NCBI RefSeq assembly: GCF_009914755.1
Contig: NC_060926.1
Source of the DNA: the human T2T-CHM13v2.0 reference genome, Homo sapiens
DNA length: 64,000 bases
Direction: 5' to 3' (one strand)
The notes under the pieces are model-generated. The model was not told the origin of the DNA, ran no database searches, and saw nothing but the letters and a program-made list of their open reading frames with translations. Numbering within the stretch: position 1 is the first letter of the stretch; each line of letters opens with the position of its first letter. Made by a program: the position numbers and the translations under genes. Below, in pieces: positions 1-29,727 of the stretch.

Positions 1-324
<324 letters not shown>

Positions 325-639
325 TCAGCCTAGCAAAACCAGAGTCAGTTATTGTTTTTCACTAACAAGAGCTCTAAAGAGATCCCATTAGCATGTTTTT
401 AATTAAGTTACATTCAAACATATATTACCATATAGAATGGGAGGTGAAGAGAGAAAGGATAATTCAACTTTTTATATAAATACTTGTGTTAGGTGTCACT
501 TTTTCGTTAATCTTATTATAATAATAAACCACAGATTCCAAAAAAGTGACAGAAAACAAATTTACAGCTTAATAAATTATTAAAAAGTGATCACCCTTGA
601 ACCTATCTTCCAAGGCAAGAAATAGAACTCAGTCACCCA

Positions 640-967
640 GGCTGGGCACAGTGGCTCACACCTGTAATCCCAGCACCTTGGGAGGCCACGGTAAGCAGGT
701 TACTTGAGGCCAGGAGTTCCAGAACAGCCTGGCCAACATGGCAAAACCCTTTCTCTATTAAAAATACAAAAAATTAGTCAGGTGTGGTGGTACCCTCCTA
801 TAATCCCAGCTACTCAGAAGCGGAGGCACGAGAATCGCTTGAACCTGGGATGTGAAACCCAACATGCAGAGGTTGCAGTGAATAAACATCACGCCACTAC
901 ACTCCAGCCTGGGCAGCACAGTGAGATTCGGTCTCAAAAAAAAAAAAAAAGAAAAGAAAAAAAAAAA
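640..967 (+). mobile_element. Alu
   Basis: Alu dimer with A tail. Confidence 0.93.
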
Positions 968-1132
968 CAACCATGTAGTCCAGGGCCTCCCTCCATTTTT
1001 GAGAGGCTGAGTAAGGACACATTCCACATCTCAGTTAAGTATCACATTTCACACTATTAGTAGGAAAAGCTGATTGACACTCAATTTTAACTGTCAATTA
1101 TATATCATTTGTATATAATTTGTTACACTTAC

Positions 1133-11784
<10,652 letters not shown>

Positions 11785-11839
11785 TTTAAATAGAATTAAT
11801 AGTAGTCACTGCAAGAAAGAAGACTTTAAGGCATTAATG

Positions 11840-12054
11840 TAAGGTTTCTCAACCTCAGCACTATGATTTTTGGCTGGGTTCATTCTTTGTTGAACAGTAT
11901 CATCCTATGCATTATGTTTCATGCATCCCCATCTCTACCCACTAGATGCCAGTGGCACCCTCCTCCCTCCCAAGTTCTGACAACCAAAATATGTCTCCAA
12001 ACACTGTGAAGTGTCCCCTGGGGAGCAAAACTGCTCCAGAATGAGAATCACTGT
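11840..12054 (+). mobile_element. MER20 (hAT-Charlie)
   Basis: ttctcaacctcagcacta..ccactagatgccagtggca..gagaatcactg. Confidence 0.8.
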
Positions 12055-12469
12055 CTAAGAATTTCTGATTTGAAGAAGAAAAATGTTTTAAGCTGAAGCT
12101 TATTACTGACTGAAGTTATTTTACCTACTATGACTCAGTCTTTGTATTTTAAAATACAGCAAACTTTCCTTTTAGTGAACATACACACAAAAAAACTGGG
12201 ATAGTTTTTCCAAAGATAAAATACTTCAAACTAACCTCAGTGACTCATTAGACTAAGAGGAGGTACTACCGTGTCCTGATTTCTGCAAAAATGAAAAAAA
12301 ATATTTTTTTAATGCTATTCTCTTGAGTTTGCTTTTATCGATACTTAACAAATCAACGGGTTCATAACAGGCTAAACAACCCAACTCAGAGACTACACAA
12401 CTACACACTAATAGTACCATGCCATCTGGAAAGAAGTTGCTAGGGAAATGTCACAGGGCTCTTCTCTTG

Positions 12470-14510
<2,041 letters not shown>

Positions 14511-15099
14511 ATTTGTCAGAGATGTTCTAGAAGGGATATATGTCTTTAAGGGCAGGAAGGTGGACTATCTGGTACCTAAAATGCATTCTACATCTAAGTG
14601 ACATTCTACATCTTAAGAACCTATGGTCTGTTTGGGAAGTAAGAAATCCATACAGTAATGGCAGGTGAGCAACCACTTAACCAAAAATGGACGCAGCTAG
14701 GAAAGTGTCGACAACAGAATAATTTGTAAAGGGATAGTCAGATCTAGAGGAATAGAGGCACGCTTCCTAAGAAAGTGACCATCGTACAAAGCCAGAAGAG
14801 ACTGGGAAACCTAACTAGGGAGACTATTCTCTGGTGAAAGGTAAGCAAGTTTGCAGGAGGATTTGCTCTTGCAATTCTGAGGGCTACACAAAAGCAGACT
14901 CGGTAATTATGCCTGCTCAAATGATGCCTAAACGTGTGTCCTGAAGAACCAGGGTCCCCAAGGGGGTAAATCCCGTGTCTACCGCAAGGCCAGAAGGTGC
15001 CCAGTAAATTACACTCCTCCTAGGTCCCACTTACTGCTTCCCTTTAGAACGCTGCTTCACTCTACACCTTCCTGGCTGACTCCCACAAACATTCTCTGG

Positions 15100-15970
15100 G
15101 CGATTTCTGAACCACGTGGAGTCGAGGAATGACAGTGGGAGAAAGTGGTTAAAGTGCTGTCTCCATGGAGACCTTAGCGACCGGAAATCAGTTTCACAGC
15201 CGCCGAATCCTGGCGATACCAAAGGATGGGAATTGGTGTGGCTCGCCAGGCAGCCCTAGCAAAACTGGCCGAGCCGAGCTACCGCGGGTCTGGCAGGCAG
15301 GACACCTGGGAGCCAAACCTCGTGCACGTCGGCGTCTGAGAAGAGTCGCAGGCGCCTGGTCCAGTCCCGGAAGCAGGTCTCCTTCTACGGCGTCTCCGAG
15401 GCTCGCAGCGCGGTCCACGGTCGACTACCGGGTCAGGGCAAAGGGAGGGAGAGAGGGGTAACCTGGAGGAGTCATCGCGAGAATTGACCAAACGCAGCTC
15501 CTCCAATCAGGAGTTCGAGGAGGTCGTGACGTCACCGGGGTGGCCGGTAGCAATCCGGTTTAGTTAACCAGCCACTGTACCGTCAGCGCCGCGCGTTCCT
15601 CATGGCGTTAGGGCTGACGGGCCTTGTTGCTGAGGGGCCTTCATTCAACGGTCTCTTGTTGAATGAAAAGACCTCATTCTCTTCACATGCTTGGACGCCT
15701 GGGAAGCGCTTTTCTCCCAATCCAGACCTTCCACCTTTCTCCCACTCTGTTGGCCCAGTGCAGAGTCTAGGAGAAAACTACGTCTGGGACTCGGGAACGA
15801 GTCCAGGGAGTTTAGAGCCTGCGAGATGGGGCAGGGGTTTGGGCGGCGACTGAACGGAAGCCACGAGAAGGATTCGGACTAAAATGAGTAGTGCTGAACC
15901 AACGTGTGCCAAAGCGCATATATTCATTCAATAGATAATGAACTCTACTGTCAGAGCGTCGCCAAGCGCT
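15100..15970 (-). promoter_or_regulatory. THADA CpG-island promoter
   Basis: High CpG density; CRE palindrome GTGACGTCAC 15526-15535; CCAAT 15503-15507; near-BANP/ZBTB33 motif ATCGCGAGA 15474-15482; ETS CCGGAAG near 15368. Confidence 0.9.
15319..15426 (-). other. THADA: THADA non-coding exon 1 (5'UTR); TSS approximate
   Basis: Inside the CpG island; donor GAG|gtttgg at 15319/15318; no ATG; an alternative stronger donor GCA|gtaagt lies at 15035. Confidence 0.7.
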
Positions 15971-16368
15971 AGCCTTGAAAGCTATCCCCTACTGAGGATA
16001 CATGTATTACGCAGCACATACAAATTGTCAGATGGTTCAGTCCTTGAAAAATAAATACAATAACGGGGTGTCACTGGGAGCTGCGACAGTGGGCAAGATC
16101 AGGAAAGACCTGATGCTATTATCAGGAGTATTAATTTGGAAAATAGAGACATTTCAGTTCTCTAAACGTTAATGACTTAAGTTTTTAATAATTATTTTCT
16201 GAATTTTTTATATCAGCTTGCCTTGGTTTTCTTTATAGCTTTACCACATAATGTATGTATCACTATCTTGTTTCGTTCAATTTTGAAGCTTTTGGAATTG
16301 CGTATGTATTCTCCAGCAATTTGCTTCTTTCAGCATTGCTTTTCATATTCACCTACAGGTGGCTGTAG

Positions 16369-16636
<268 letters not shown>

Positions 16637-17154
16637 CGTAATTTTCCATTGTTTAATATACTTCATTATGTATCCATCCTGCTGCCTCTTAACATGTGCA
16701 TTATTTCCAGTTTTTGTTCTAAACATTGCTGCTGTGAACTATGTTGTGCATGTCAGCTGGTGAGTGTGTGCAGACGGTTCTCCACCATAATTTTTTCTGG
16801 TATTTTTGACCCTGACATAGTAAGAAATACATTGCAGACTTTGAAACTGTGGACGTAGAAGTACTCACACATAACTGAAGTAAAAATTTCTTGAAATGCT
16901 ACTTTACAGGAGCTGTGAGATTTTATTTCCTTTTTTTCTAAATTATGGTAAAATACACAGCAAAATTTACCATTTTAACCATTTTTAAGTTTTATGTTTT
17001 TTAAAATATGTATATTGTTTCAGACCTACTAATTATATAACTCAGTGGGTCCGAACCCCTTTTTTGTTGGCAGACACTGCAACTCTTCACCCTGCACAGC
17101 GAGAGGTGGGCTAGGGAGCAAACATAATAAACATATGTTGAAAGGTGAAGCTAC

Positions 17155-17583
17155 TGTTAAAACTTCAGACAAATTAAACTTAACAGGGTTTAATTGAGCA
17201 AGGGGAAAAATGATTCTCAAATCGGGCAGTCTCCAGAATCATAGCAGATTCAGAGAGACTCCAGGGATGCCTCGTGGTCAGAGCACATTTACAGACAAAG
17301 AAAGGAAAGTGATGTACAAAAAGCAAGTGAGGTACGGAAGCAGCTGGATGGGTTACAGCTTGGCATTTGCCTTACCTGAACACAGTTTGAACAGTAAGCA
17401 TTGTATGAATAGTTGAAGTATGGCTGCTGGGATTGGCTGAAACTCAGCTATTGTTACAGAAGCACACTCCTAAATTAGGCTTTCAGTCTTGTCTACCTAC
17501 TAAGTTAGGTTATGGTTCATCCACAAGGACTCAAATATGGAAGTGCAGAGGCTTTCTCAGGCGGTATTTAGTTCAATTTAACA
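17155..17583 (-). mobile_element. MER57-family ERV1 solo LTR
   Basis: TG...CA ends; minus strand TGTTAAATTGAACTAAATA..CATATTTGAGTCCTTGTGGATGAAC matches recalled MER57. Confidence 0.75.
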
Positions 17584-17619
17584 CCGCCATGGAAAAAATA
17601 GGGGAATGGAAAGTGAGAG

Positions 17620-18660
<1,041 letters not shown>

Positions 18661-18671
18661 ACACCTAGAGG

Positions 18672-20600
<1,929 letters not shown>

Positions 20601-20607
20601 TTCTCAA

Positions 20608-20634
20608 AAACAACAACAACAACAACAACAACAA
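20608..20634. repeat. (AAC)n STR at the L1 tail
   Basis: Read directly. Confidence 0.9.
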
Positions 20635-20960
20635 AAAACCCCTACGTTCTCGTAGAGAATCATCTGTTACTTTCCAAACGTACAAACCCCAATTATTTCC
20701 AGGCAACAAAGGTTTTGTTTTAAAGGTTGAAATAGTGACATCTTTGAAGAAGATATCCTCTTTTTTGCTAGGCATCTGGTGGCACTACCAACTTGAGACC
20801 ACTTTAAATACACTGCTTGAGGTTTTTCAGGACACAATAGCATGAATTTGAACTACAAACTTTTATAAAGTAACTATGTATTTTATTTGTGAACATGTGT
20901 TCCAAGGAAATTTTTAAAGGATCCTTAGTATATAAAAGTGTAAATGAAAACACTTGACAA

Positions 20961-21252
20961 GGCCTGGTGCGGTGGCTCATGCCTGTAATCCCAACATTTT
21001 GGGAGGCCAAGGCAGGTGGGTCACTTGAGGTCAGGAGATTGAGGCCAGTCTGGCCAATATGGCGAAACCCCATCTCTACTAAAAATACAAAAATTAGCCG
21101 GGCATGGTGGCGGGCGCCTGTCATCCCAACTATTCAGGATGCTGAGGCAGGAGAATCGCTTGAACCCCGGCAGGTGGAGGTTGCAGTGAGCCAGATCACA
21201 CCACTGCACTCCAGCCTGGGTGACAAAGGGAGATTCCATCTTGAAAAAGAAA
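20961..21252 (+). mobile_element. Alu
   Basis: Alu dimer; TSD-like aaaaYacttgaca. Confidence 0.92.
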
Positions 21253-21409
21253 ATACTTGACATAGTAACAGTGGACTAGATAAAAATCATAAAAAGTAAT
21301 CCTTGTGTCGACATTTTCTTTAATGTAGTTTAGCATTGCAAATATGTACCTGTAAAAATAATATTTTCCACTCAATTAGAAAAGGGAATTTTAAAAATAA
21401 TTATTTAGA

Positions 21410-21573
21410 GTTGGGCGCAGTGACTTCTGACTGTAATCCCAGCTACTTGGGAGGCTGAGGCAAGAGGATTGTTTGAGCCCAGGAGTTCGAGGCTGCAGCA
21501 TGCTATGATCACAACTGTGAACAGCCACTGCACTCCAGTCTGGGCAACAGAGAGAGACCGTCTCTACAAAAAA
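21410..21573 (+). mobile_element. Alu monomer (FRAM/FLAM-like)
   Basis: Single-arm Alu. Confidence 0.8.
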
Positions 21574-21834
21574 ATTATTATTATTTAATGACATGATTTT
21601 ATATGTAATTATTAAGATTCTTTTACATTTGAATGGACATTTGAATAAGTAAAATTTGACCTTTTAAGGCCACAAAAGAAAGGCTTTAATTGCCTACATA
21701 ATTACTACCTGTTCATGAAGGTCAATAACAGCCAAAACTTCAGAAGCAGTGTGACTGACCAGTCAAAAGTAAGGTTCTCTTGCAAGTAATCTTTTCCGTA
21801 CAGAAAAACATGATAGTGTCTCCCAGTTTCATAG

Positions 21835-22245
<411 letters not shown>

Positions 22246-22369
22246 TAGTTTTATATCTAAAATGAAGCCCAAAACTGTATACTAGACCTATGAATATAAA
22301 TATTGTGTTATTTAATATGTTTGGCCCCAAGTCAGTGAAAGAAAGCAAAGTACTGTACTATTACTTATA

Positions 22370-22856
22370 TATCTATTTATCTGTCTTAAAACAATAAACA
22401 TGTATTATCTCTTAGTTTCTGTGGGTTAGAAATTCAATTTGGCTGAATGTGTCTGGCTAGGAGTCTCTCATGAGGTTTCAGTGAAGATGTTGGCTGGGGC
22501 TACAGTCACCTGACAGCTTGGCTGAGGCTGGAGAATCAGCTCCCAAGATGATTGACTGACTTCTTGGTGCTGGTTGCTGACACAAGCCTCCAGCTCCTCT
22601 CTACATGGACCTCTTCCCAGCTGCTTGGGCCATCTTACAACATGGCAGCTGGCCTTCCCAAAAATAAGCAAGAGAGTACAAGGTGGAAGATTCAGTGACT
22701 TTAATGGCTGAGCCACAAAGCAACACAGCATCATTTTGACAGTATCCTATTGGTTACAAAGGTCAGCTCTATTCAGTGAGGGAGGCTCTACACAAAGGTG
22801 TGCATACCAGGAAGCCGGTATCATTGGAGGGCCGATTTAGAGGCTGCCAACCATAG
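22370..22856 (-). mobile_element. MLT1 (ERVL-MaLR) LTR
   Basis: tattatctcttagtttctgtgggttagaaattc..gaggctgccaaccata. Confidence 0.6.
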
Positions 22857-23645
22857 TGTATTAGGCCATCCTTGCATTGCTATAAAGAAATACCAGAGAC
22901 TGGGTGCAGTGGCTCATGCCAGTAGTCCCAGCACTTTGGGAGGCTGAGGCAGGTGGATCACCTGAGGTCAGGAGTTCAAGACCAGCCTGGACAACATGGT
23001 GAAACCCTGTCTCTACTAAAAATACAAAAATTAGCTGGGCATGGTGGCACGCACCTGTAGTCCCAGCTACTCAGGAGGCTGAGGCAGGAGAATCACTTGA
23101 ACCAGGAGGCAGAGGTTGCAGTGAGCCGACATTGGGCCATTGGACTCCAGACTGGGTGACAAGAGCAAGACTCCATCTTAAAAAAACAAAAAAACAAAAA
23201 AAAAAAAACCAAGAAAGAAAAAAAGAAATACCTGAGGATGGGCAATTTAGAAAAAAAAAAAAAAAAAAAAAAGGCTGGGCAATTTAGGAAAAAAAAAATG
23301 TTTAATGGGCTCATAGTTCTGTAGGCCATCCAGAAAGCATTGCACCAGCATCTGCTTCTAGGGAGACCTCAGGAAGCTTACAATCATGACGGAAGACAGA
23401 GGGAACGGCCACATCACATGGTAAAAGCAGGAGCAAGAGAGAGTGGAGTGGGAGGTAGGTGCCACTTTTACAAAACCAGATCTTACGAGAACTGACTCAC
23501 TTATCACCGAAGGGATAGGCGAAGCCATTCATGAGGGATATGCCCCCATGATCCAAACACCTCCTACCAGGCCCCACCTCCAACACAGGGGATTACATTT
23601 CAACATAAGATTTGGTGGTGACACAGATCCAAACCATTTCATATA
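22857..23645 (-). mobile_element. MST (ERVL-MaLR) LTR with inserted Alu
   Basis: tgtattaggcc..gcattgctataaagaaatacc..catgatccaaacacctcc..atccaaaccatttca. Confidence 0.75.
22899..23225 (+). mobile_element. Alu inside MST
   Basis: Alu dimer. Confidence 0.92.
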
Positions 23646-23921
23646 GTAATGATAACACCTTTGCAGATTTCCCTTGCTGCCTAAAATGCACTAAGGGATC
23701 ATAACTAAGGAAAGACTTATTTATGATTTATTTGAATATAATTTCCATAGAGTATCTTAAGGAAACAATAATTTTCATGTCTTCTTACAAAGTTATTTAC
23801 CTTTAATGACATACATTTTCATGTAAGTCAGCATAGAACATAAACATAAAACTAGGTTGATTTTAAGAAACCTTTTAGATATTCTTCAAACTTTCTCTTC
23901 CTAAGCAATCCCTTCCTGAGG

Positions 23922-24340
<419 letters not shown>

Positions 24341-25302
24341 TCAATATTCCCTGAAAGCATTGTCCTTTCATCGACTGTGCTCTCTGCTAGGCTTCATCTC
24401 ACATTTTACCTCCTCAGTGAAACCTGACAAGAAATTCCTATTCTCCATCATACTTAGATTTCTGTCTCAGTGACAGCATTATCAGTTTGTTAGTTGATAG
24501 TAATTATTCTTATGCTTGTCAGTCTTCCTACTGATTTATAAACTTTTCCATGTTGGACACCATCTTTAGATTCCTAGTGCCCAGCACAGTGGCCAGCATG
24601 AGTAGCTCTGCAAATTGTTGAGTTAGGATAACCAGGCCAGCAAGTCCTCTGCAGTGGCAGCGTGCAATGGTGCTTACTTTACCACTGTGTGGCAGCAAAC
24701 TACAGAAGTATTTCCACCGTTTAAAATAAGGAGGAGAGCTGAGATGAGTATTCACAAACTATAGTATAACTTGCCAGCTCAGTTGAAATAATATACTAAA
24801 TTTATTATGAAATACAACTATCTAATGGAAAATTACTTTGTTCATAACATTGCTCAATACTGTTTTTAAATTTATCCACATTGTTGTTTGTACTTTTTAT
24901 ATCAAATAAACAAATATTTAAACTTTAAAAGAAAATGTAATAATAAGTAAAAATAGTTGTAAAATAATATGATCTAAAAATATTAGAACAGAAAATTATA
25001 TACACATTGTGTTTTCAACTTTGTAAAATAATGGGTACTATGAACAGGGTTTGGAAGAGAATGGGTTTGGAGAAGCAGTTTGTCAGGCGAGTAAGATTGT
25101 GAGTGAGTTTTTTTCTTAAATTTTCTTTAGTGTTCTAACATGGGCTTAATAAACCTTTAAGGCCTGTTTTTATAGGTTGTAGAGTTGCTAATTGGAACAT
25201 GCCCAAATTACCACAAAGCTGCCATTTTTTACCATTTGGATTATAATACTGTCATCTTAAAGAAAGCCCATGGTTGCGTTGGGCACAGATAGAAAGCCGT
25301 AT

Positions 25303-25680
25303 TCTTAAATTGAGTTTAGCCTCCGTACATATTTTAAGTTTGGCCTACTGTTTTCTCCATACTTAGTTGGTTGTAACCTAACTTGATGTTAAACAGACTG
25401 TAACCTGATCTCTTAAGTAGCAGAGGCTCAGCCAGTCACAAGCAGCCAGCTGTTCAAACCAGGTTCAAATAAAGCAAATGCCCAGCTGTAACCAATCCAG
25501 TTGTTTCTGTGCATCACTTCTACAGGTCACTTTCCTTTTTCTGTCCATAAATGTTATCCAACCATGCCAAAGCCCAGGGGTCACCCTGAACCTATTACGA
25601 TTCTGGGGGCTGCCCAATTTGAGAACCGTTCATTACTCAAACTCTGTTAAAGTTAATTTGTCTAAAGTTTTTCCTCTAAG
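25303..25680 (+). mobile_element. MER57-family ERV1 solo LTR
   Basis: ttaaattgagtttagcc..catattttaagtttggcc..ctgtaaccaatccag..gattctgggggctgccc. Confidence 0.75.
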
Positions 25681-26042
25681 TATATAAAAATTTAAAATGC
25701 ATAGCACCATCTTTGATTAAAATGCTTTTGAAAAGAAAGTTTTTTTCTCATTCTTGTTGCACAAAGCATTCTTGTATCCCCTCATTATTCCCCCATTCAA
25801 AAACATCTGTCCATATGGCAATCCCAATTCTTAGCCCTATCCATAGGAGACGGGACTAGTAGCTCACTACTATGGTTTTTGGGGGACATCTGAAGAAGGA
25901 ATCCCTGGGACAGGAAGAGATGGAAAAGTTTGATGTCCATTTTTGACAGTAGGATTCCACTCTACCAGGGTTCTGCAAAGGGAGAAGACACTGTATAAAA
26001 CATAGTTCCAATCTTTTGAAAAAGGTAAATATTGTGTTGGGG

Positions 26043-26340
26043 TTTGTTGTTGTTGTTGAGACAGGGTCTCACTCTGTCACTCAGGCTGGAGAGCAGTGGT
26101 TGTGATCACGACTCACTGCAACCTCGACCTCACTGGGCTCAAGTGATCCTCTCACCTCAGCCTCCTGAGTAGCTAGTACTACAGGCAGGTGCCACCATAC
26201 CCAGATTTTTTTTTTTTAATGTGTAGAGATGGGGTTTCACCATTTTGCCCAGGCTGGTCTTGAACTCCTGAGCTCAGGCGATCTGCCGGCCTCGGCCTCC
26301 CAAAGTGCAAGGATTATAGATGTGAGCCACCACACTCGGC
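26043..26340 (-). mobile_element. Alu (AluJ-like)
   Basis: Antisense dimer. Confidence 0.9.
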
Positions 26341-26765
26341 ATTGAGTTAAGTTTTTAATATCCATATTAACTAATATTATCCTGTATCCACACGTAAGGT
26401 TTCTGGAGCAGAGCGGATTACTGTTATTTACTTACAGCCAAAAACAATCCCATGGATCCCCTGTACCCAAATTCTTATCCCTTAATGATACAACGAGAGG
26501 TGGCTGAACAAACTCTACATGTAAGTAATATGTATTATAAGTGAGGAACCCCCACTCCCCCAATTTAATCTAGGTGTTGATGTAGAAGGGAGAGGCAGCT
26601 GTACTTCTTCCTTCTTCCAAGAGTTTCTCTGGAAACACGATGGGAAGATTCCTGGGTTTTTACTTTAACCCTTTGGAATATGAATAAACTTCTGGGGAAA
26701 GGTAAGTCCAGTGTCACCACTTTACCACCCTGGGATGTCTCCACAATCCAGGTCTCATCCCCCGG

Positions 26766-27165
26766 TGTTAGTCCCTTTTCATTGCTATAAAGGAGTACCC
26801 AGGGCTGGGCAATTTATAAAGAAGAGAGGTTTATCTGGGCTCACGGTTCTGCAGGCTGTATAAGCAGCATGGCCCTGGCATCTGCTTCTGGCGAGGCCTT
26901 GGGAAACACAATCATGGCAGGAGGTGAAGGGGAAGCCAGCGTGTTACATAGCAAGACAGGGAGCAAGAGAGAGCGAGGTGGGAGGTGTCAGGCTTTTGCA
27001 TAAACTAACTGAGCAAGAACTCATGCATTACCATGCAGAGGGCAATAAGCCATTCATGATGAATCTGCCCCCATAATCCAAATACCTCCACCAGGCCCCA
27101 CCTCCAACTTTGGGATTATGTTTTAACATGAGATTTGGAAGGGACAAAACATCCAAACCATATCA
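26766..27165 (-). mobile_element. MST (ERVL-MaLR) LTR
   Basis: tgttagtcc..cattgctataaaggagtacc..acatccaaaccatatca. Confidence 0.75.
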
Positions 27166-27507
27166 CTCGTGCCTCTTGAAAAGTAAACGCATACCTCCAG
27201 GTTTACCAGGAGGTAAATCTCTCTCCAGAAGATAAATCTCCAGTGGAGATGTGTGTGTTATGAAGGTCTCATGTCTATGTCTAGTAAATCTCTCTTGTGC
27301 GTGTTTCAGGTTTCTCTCACTATCTGATCCATAAATTACTGTCCAGGTCCCCAGTAAAATTTGCTTAGAAAGCCCTAACTTGCAGAAGCATAAAAGTATT
27401 TGCTACCCCCAAATTTGCATGTTCAAATTAGTGTGACCTTTCACACTTCTTTTAATTTTCTTGTAATTACTTTGAGTATATAAAACTCTTTTTTTTTTTT
27501 TTTTTCT

Positions 27508-27871
<364 letters not shown>

Positions 27872-27959
27872 TCAGTCTTGCTATTTATGGCCTAGCCTTG
27901 CTTTTGTCTATTTGGTGAAATGATCACCACCACCCCCTCTTAATCATACCTGCCAAATC

Positions 27960-28200
27960 TTAAAATTACTGCTGGTGGTTTCTAAAAATGAAATCCATTT
28001 CCAAAGAATAAAGATGTCTATGCCATTGAGGAAGCTGAAGAGAATGTTTAAAAAGCAACATCCAAAAGGATTTCCAAAAATATCAGAAACTATACTAATT
28101 TTTGAAGAAACAAATATATGGCCCCAAAGGTGATTTCTTTAAAGGGGACTAATCTCATTTGAATGTGTAAACTCTGGGATGTTCTGGTTTTTTTAAAAAA
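27960..28200 (+). mobile_element. MARNA (mariner-like) fragment
   Basis: ccattgaggaagctgaagagaatg..ccaaaggtgatttctttaaagggga. Confidence 0.55.
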
Positions 28201-28891
28201 AAAATCATAAAGCTTTATATAAGAAACAAGTAGATAAAGATGTGTCCTAGTCCTGACCTGATGTCACCAGCACTAACACTCAATTTAGTTAGGTGACCTA
28301 TAAAGTTCACCCTAGTTCTACTGTCCTTCCCACCTTGCCTACAAGATAATGGAGTATTCTTTTTCTAAAATCTGCATTGCAGCATTCCAGGAGCTGCTAT
28401 CCTATCTTTCCTTTACCTCGAGGTCTGAGCCTCAAGAAAGCCTAGGAACCCAGACAGTGCCTCTCCACCCACACAGAATTGATCCCGCTTCCCATACTCG
28501 GAGCTCTCCTGGACTAGGGAGAACTTCAATCAGGCCCCTTCCTGCAACCCTGGTAATTTTCATTTATTCCTCACAAAAGGCCTGTGAAGCACGCAGGGCT
28601 GGAATTCTCTCTCTTTTTTTTAACTGATGAAGAAACATGTTCAAATGGAGCAAGTGGTTGGTGTGCAGTGATTCTGATGCTCAGTCCGGGGCTCTTTCCA
28701 TTATATTCCAAACCCTCCTTTTTATATGCAAATGAGCCAATTGTGGCAGTGACACTTTCCTACAAAATGAAACAATGCCGTAATTACAAGGGCTTGGGAA
28801 TTAATGGCACTAAATGGGTAATTTGGGTTTAATGTTAAATCCTGGGATAGGCGACCCAGGGCCAGAAAGAGAGGCTTTCCAAGTGTCACCT

Positions 28892-28905
28892 CTGCCATCT
28901 GGTGG
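28892..28905 (-). promoter_or_regulatory. Candidate CTCF site
   Basis: Minus strand CCACCAGATGGCAG, close to the CTCF core consensus; motif evidence only. Confidence 0.6.
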
Positions 28906-29159
28906 TCAAATGACAATATAACTGCAACAACTCAGTGTGGATACTATCATCATGTGAAAGTCACCCATGACCCCAGGGTTGGGTGAACTATTTGAGGCTG
29001 GGCTCTGACTTTTACGGCCTGAGATGAGAAAATAAAATGTTGAATACACAAATAAAGGTCAGAGGTTTTCCCCTATATCTCTGCTCAGGGTGAGGAACTG
29101 TGTAGTTTACAATGGAAGAGCCCATTCATCCATTTATTCAACAAATATTTATTAAGCAC

Positions 29160-29490
29160 TGTCTTAGGTTGGCTTCCTAGGAAACAGATTCTAGGCAGAG
29201 ATTTGCTTAAGGAGGGTTACTGGGGAGCATTCTTGAGGATCACCCTTGTAAGGGGTTGAGGGAAACAGAACTCATCAGAAAGAGTTGAACTGGAATGAAT
29301 TTGCAACAGTGGCGTCAGCCAATCTTACTGGGAGCTCTGGTGTTGGCTTGGCAAGGGGACTGAGCCTCTGCACTTCTTTTTCCACCAGTTATTGGATTCG
29401 CTGAGAGCTGTAACAGAGCTGCACCTAGGGGGATGAGTGCCTTGGTCCTAAAAGGGGGTATCTGGGCAGTGCCCTACAGCATCCACTACA
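29160..29490 (-). mobile_element. Old MLT1 LTR inside an L2 fragment
   Basis: tgtcttaggttggcttcctaggaaacagattct..catccactaca. Confidence 0.5.
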
Positions 29491-29727
29491 GACACCTACT
29501 ATGTTCTGGGCACTGTGCCAAGCTCAGGAGATGTAAAGTTGAACAAGATAACATCTCTGCCTTCAAAGGCACCCAGGGGTGCAGAGGTATAGAAAATAAA
29601 TATGAGGACTAATGAATAAAGGAATAAATAAATAAAAGGGGGTTAAAAAAACCCAGGAAATATAAAACAATTGTCTTATAGCCAGAAAATCTATCTAAAA
29701 AGAGTAAACAACAAAGAAAATTCTTGC

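Noticed and set aside
15602-15853. 83-aa plus-strand ORF with an ATG in the divergent side of the THADA promoter
   Set aside because: No recognisable homology, and this length is expected in GC-rich DNA; would need Ribo-seq or PhyloCSF support
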